Below are positions 62,313-64,000 of a stretch of DNA of 64,000 nt, piece by piece. Position 1 is the stretch's first letter, and each line of letters starts with the position of its first letter. This DNA comes from Prochlorococcus sp. AG-355-P16 (GTDB lineage: Bacteria > Cyanobacteriota > Cyanobacteriia > PCC-6307 > Cyanobiaceae), in contig QCEQ01000001.1 in the NCBI GenBank assembly GCA_003278525.1, positions 97,934 to 161,933 of the forward strand. The letters are read 5' to 3'. Under the pieces are notes generated by a model, which was not told the origin of the DNA, ran no database searches, and saw only the letters and a list, made by a program, of their open reading frames with translations. The translations under genes and the position numbers were made by a program.

Positions 62313-62558
62313 ATGAAAAAACTCATTATTTTATTATCTACATTAGGAACAATTTATGGTCTAGAAGTATCTGCAAATCAAATGTTCCGAGCAGGTGGCA
62401 GTAGCGGAACACAATGTCCCTCAGGGAGTTCTTATAAGGGAAGTGGATTTTGTCAATCAAGAAGTGATAAACAATTCTTTCGTGCGGGTGGCAGCAGTGG
62501 AACACAATGTCCATCAGGGAGTAGTTATAAAGGAAGCGGATTCTGCCAAACAAAATAA
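62313..62558 (+). CDS. Secreted 81-aa miniprotein with two Cys-containing 31-aa repeats
   Basis: Sec-type signal MKKLIILLSTLGTIYGLEVSA, then FRAGGSSGTQCPSGSSYKGSGFCQ twice; the repeats differ only synonymously. Confidence 0.85.
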   Translation: MKKLIILLSTLGTIYGLEVSANQMFRAGGSSGTQCPSGSSYKGSGFCQSRSDKQFFRAGGSSGTQCPSGSSYKGSGFCQTK

Positions 62559-62568
62559 TAAACACCAA

Positions 62569-62619
62569 AACATTCCCCACAACACTTTTTTATTTCTACC
62601 CACAACATTCCACACAACA
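62569..62619. repeat. C/A-rich direct repeats
   Basis: AACATTCCCCACAACA (62569-62584) / AACATTCCACACAACA (62604-62619); CCCACAACA also at 62599-62607. Confidence 0.65.
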
Positions 62620-62899
62620 AAATAAACAATTATTCAACTCAAGATCAAACACTAAATTCTTCAAAAATACAGTTATTACAGTCTATTTTCTCAAATTTAA
62701 ATTAATTTGGAACTTAATAAAACGGAGAGGGAGATACGTTTACCACAAAAATATCGGACTTAAGCGAACTTATAGGGACTTAACCATTTTTGTATTTTTA
62801 GCATACTTATTATTGAAGACCACAGCCTTAAAACGCCCTATATCACTGCTATATCCTAATTTATCGGATTTGTAACTACCTACACGTACCTTAATACTA

Positions 62900-62988
62900 C
62901 GGAGAGGGAGGGATTCGAACCCTCGACAAAAGTTACCTCCTGTAACTCCTTAGCAGGGAGCCGCTTTCAACCACTCAGCCACCTCTCC
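62900..62988 (-). tRNA. trnS: tRNA-Ser(GCT)
   Basis: Minus strand GGAGAGGTGGCTGAGTGGTTGAAAGC...CTCC-CTGCTAA-GGAG, long variable arm, GAGGGTTCGAATCCCTC-CCTCTCC-G. Confidence 0.96.
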
Positions 62989-63049
62989 AGTTCTTATACA
63001 TTATCAATTTTTTTGCAAACATTCAAAATTTTTTATTTAATCGAAATGT

Positions 63050-64000
63050 CTAATGAACTTGAACTCTGGGTAATCTATTTTTAAAAGAACAAAGAATTTC
63101 CCACGGGATGGTATTTGATTTTCTTGCCCATTCAAGAGGAGAAATAGTTTTGTCTCCGTCAGATCCTAGTAATAACATCGTACTACCAATTCTAATTTCA
63201 TTAGAACCTGTTATGTCCACCATCATTTGATCCATAGTTATAGATCCTACTTGAGGATAAAATTTATTATTATGAATAACGTTTATCTTGCCTGAAAGAT
63301 TCCTTGGAACTCCATCTGCGTACCCAATACTTAATACAGCTAACTTAGTTTTTCTACTACTTACAAAGTTTCCTCCATAACTTACACTTACACCTTGATC
63401 AATAGTTCTAATAAAAGCTACTTTAACTTTCAAAAATAAAGCTGGTTCTAATAATAAATTTTTATCTATATTGGCTATAGGGCTGTATCCATACATTGAA
63501 AGCCCAACACGAACCATGTGATAATGAAAATCACTGTTAAGAAGCATTGCAGCAGAATTAGCCAAATGAATCTTAATTTCATTATTTCTATCAAGATTAA
63601 TTTGCTTTAGTAATTCATCAAACTTTTGTCTTTGTAATTGTGTAATACTTTTAGGATTTAAAGCGTTATCTTCATCTGCAGACGATAAATGACTATATAA
63701 ACCTTCTATTGAAATGTTCTCAAAAGATTTTATTTTTTCAAATTGCTGAACAAATTTATTAGATTCAAATCCTAGTCTTGACATTCCAGTATCCACCTTA
63801 AGATGTAAAGAAAATTTCACCCCAAAGTGCTTCCCGATATTATTGCAAATTAAACACTCTCTTATACTACTGATAGTTGGCATTAGATCATTTTTAAAGG
63901 ATATTATTAAATCTCTTTTTGTATATAAATTTCCCAGAATAAGAATTGGCTTTTTAACTCCAGAACAACGTAGCTTAATCCCTTCTTTTAAAGTGGCAAC
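63050..64000 (-). CDS. alr: Alanine racemase (5' end beyond window)
   Basis: HLKVDTGMSRLG, SHL, ANSA, VRVG, VSYG, GYADG, TMDQ and TIPWE. The frame stays open to the window end (VATLKEGIKLR...PILILG). Confidence 0.95.
   Translation of the reverse strand, partial: VATLKEGIKLRCSGVKKPILILGNLYTKRDLIISFKNDLMPTISSIRECLICNNIGKHFGVKFSLHLKVDTGMSRLGFESNKFVQQFEKIKSFENISIEGLYSHLSSADEDNALNPKSITQLQRQKFDELLKQINLDRNNEIKIHLANSAAMLLNSDFHYHMVRVGLSMYGYSPIANIDKNLLLEPALFLKVKVAFIRTIDQGVSVSYGGNFVSSRKTKLAVLSIGYADGVPRNLSGKINVIHNNKFYPQVGSITMDQMMVDITGSNEIRIGSTMLLLGSDGDKTISPLEWARKSNTIPWEILCSFKNRLPRVQVH

Larger units (their letters stand above)
62137..62899. mobile_element. Micro genomic island / integrative-element remnants at the tRNA-Ser 3' end
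   Basis: ACGGAGAGGGAG at 62722-62733 is identical to 62899-62910 (tRNA 3' end plus 1 nt). A degraded copy CGGAGAGAGA[ATTATT]GGGATTC lies at 62138-62160. No integrase gene is present. Confidence 0.65.

Noticed and set aside
62385-62549. Repeat pair as a CRISPR array
   Set aside because: Only two degenerate coding repeats, no unique spacers and no cas genes.
62338-62625. ORFs 62338..62580 (-) and 62395..62625 (+)
   Set aside because: Differences between the repeats are all synonymous only in the 62313 frame, which also has the signal peptide.

Overview
AT-rich chromosomal window from a marine picocyanobacterium. The gene content, Prochlorococcus-type PsaA/PsaL N-termini, hli gene and tight gene packing point to a high-light Prochlorococcus. 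Most of it is core genome: bioA, rsmG, rlmN, rpoB-rpoC1-rpoC2, tatD, rpsT, hisD, rpiA, htrA, rimP-nusA-ylxR-infB, tRNA-Thr(CGT), ArnT-like plus GT2 glycosyltransferases, clpS, dapL, rne-rnhB, pheA, rpsL-rpsG-fusA-tuf-rpsJ, Fd-GOGAT, lipA, psaL/psaI/psaA/psaB, cbiG-cobJ, tRNA-Ser(GCT) and alr. Reading the sequence adds genes missing from the ORF track: a 41-aa membrane protein, an hli, psaI, and a reading frame with no canonical start for its first 82 codons. Three candidates stand out. (1) A ~760-bp micro-island behind tRNA-Ser has two degraded copies of the tRNA 3' end, integrase/excisionase-like repeats, and a secreted 81-aa two-repeat Cys miniprotein whose repeats differ only at synonymous sites. 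(2) A serine recombinase has degenerate catalytic motifs but an intact HTH, res-like sites upstream, and a coupled small acidic gene echoing its helix E. (3) A DUF2997-DUF1257-ferredoxin operon ends in an aldo/keto reductase that appears to have lost its Fe-S cysteines. No CRISPR, rRNA, intact transposase or prophage was seen. Family assignments come from motif recognition, not database searches.
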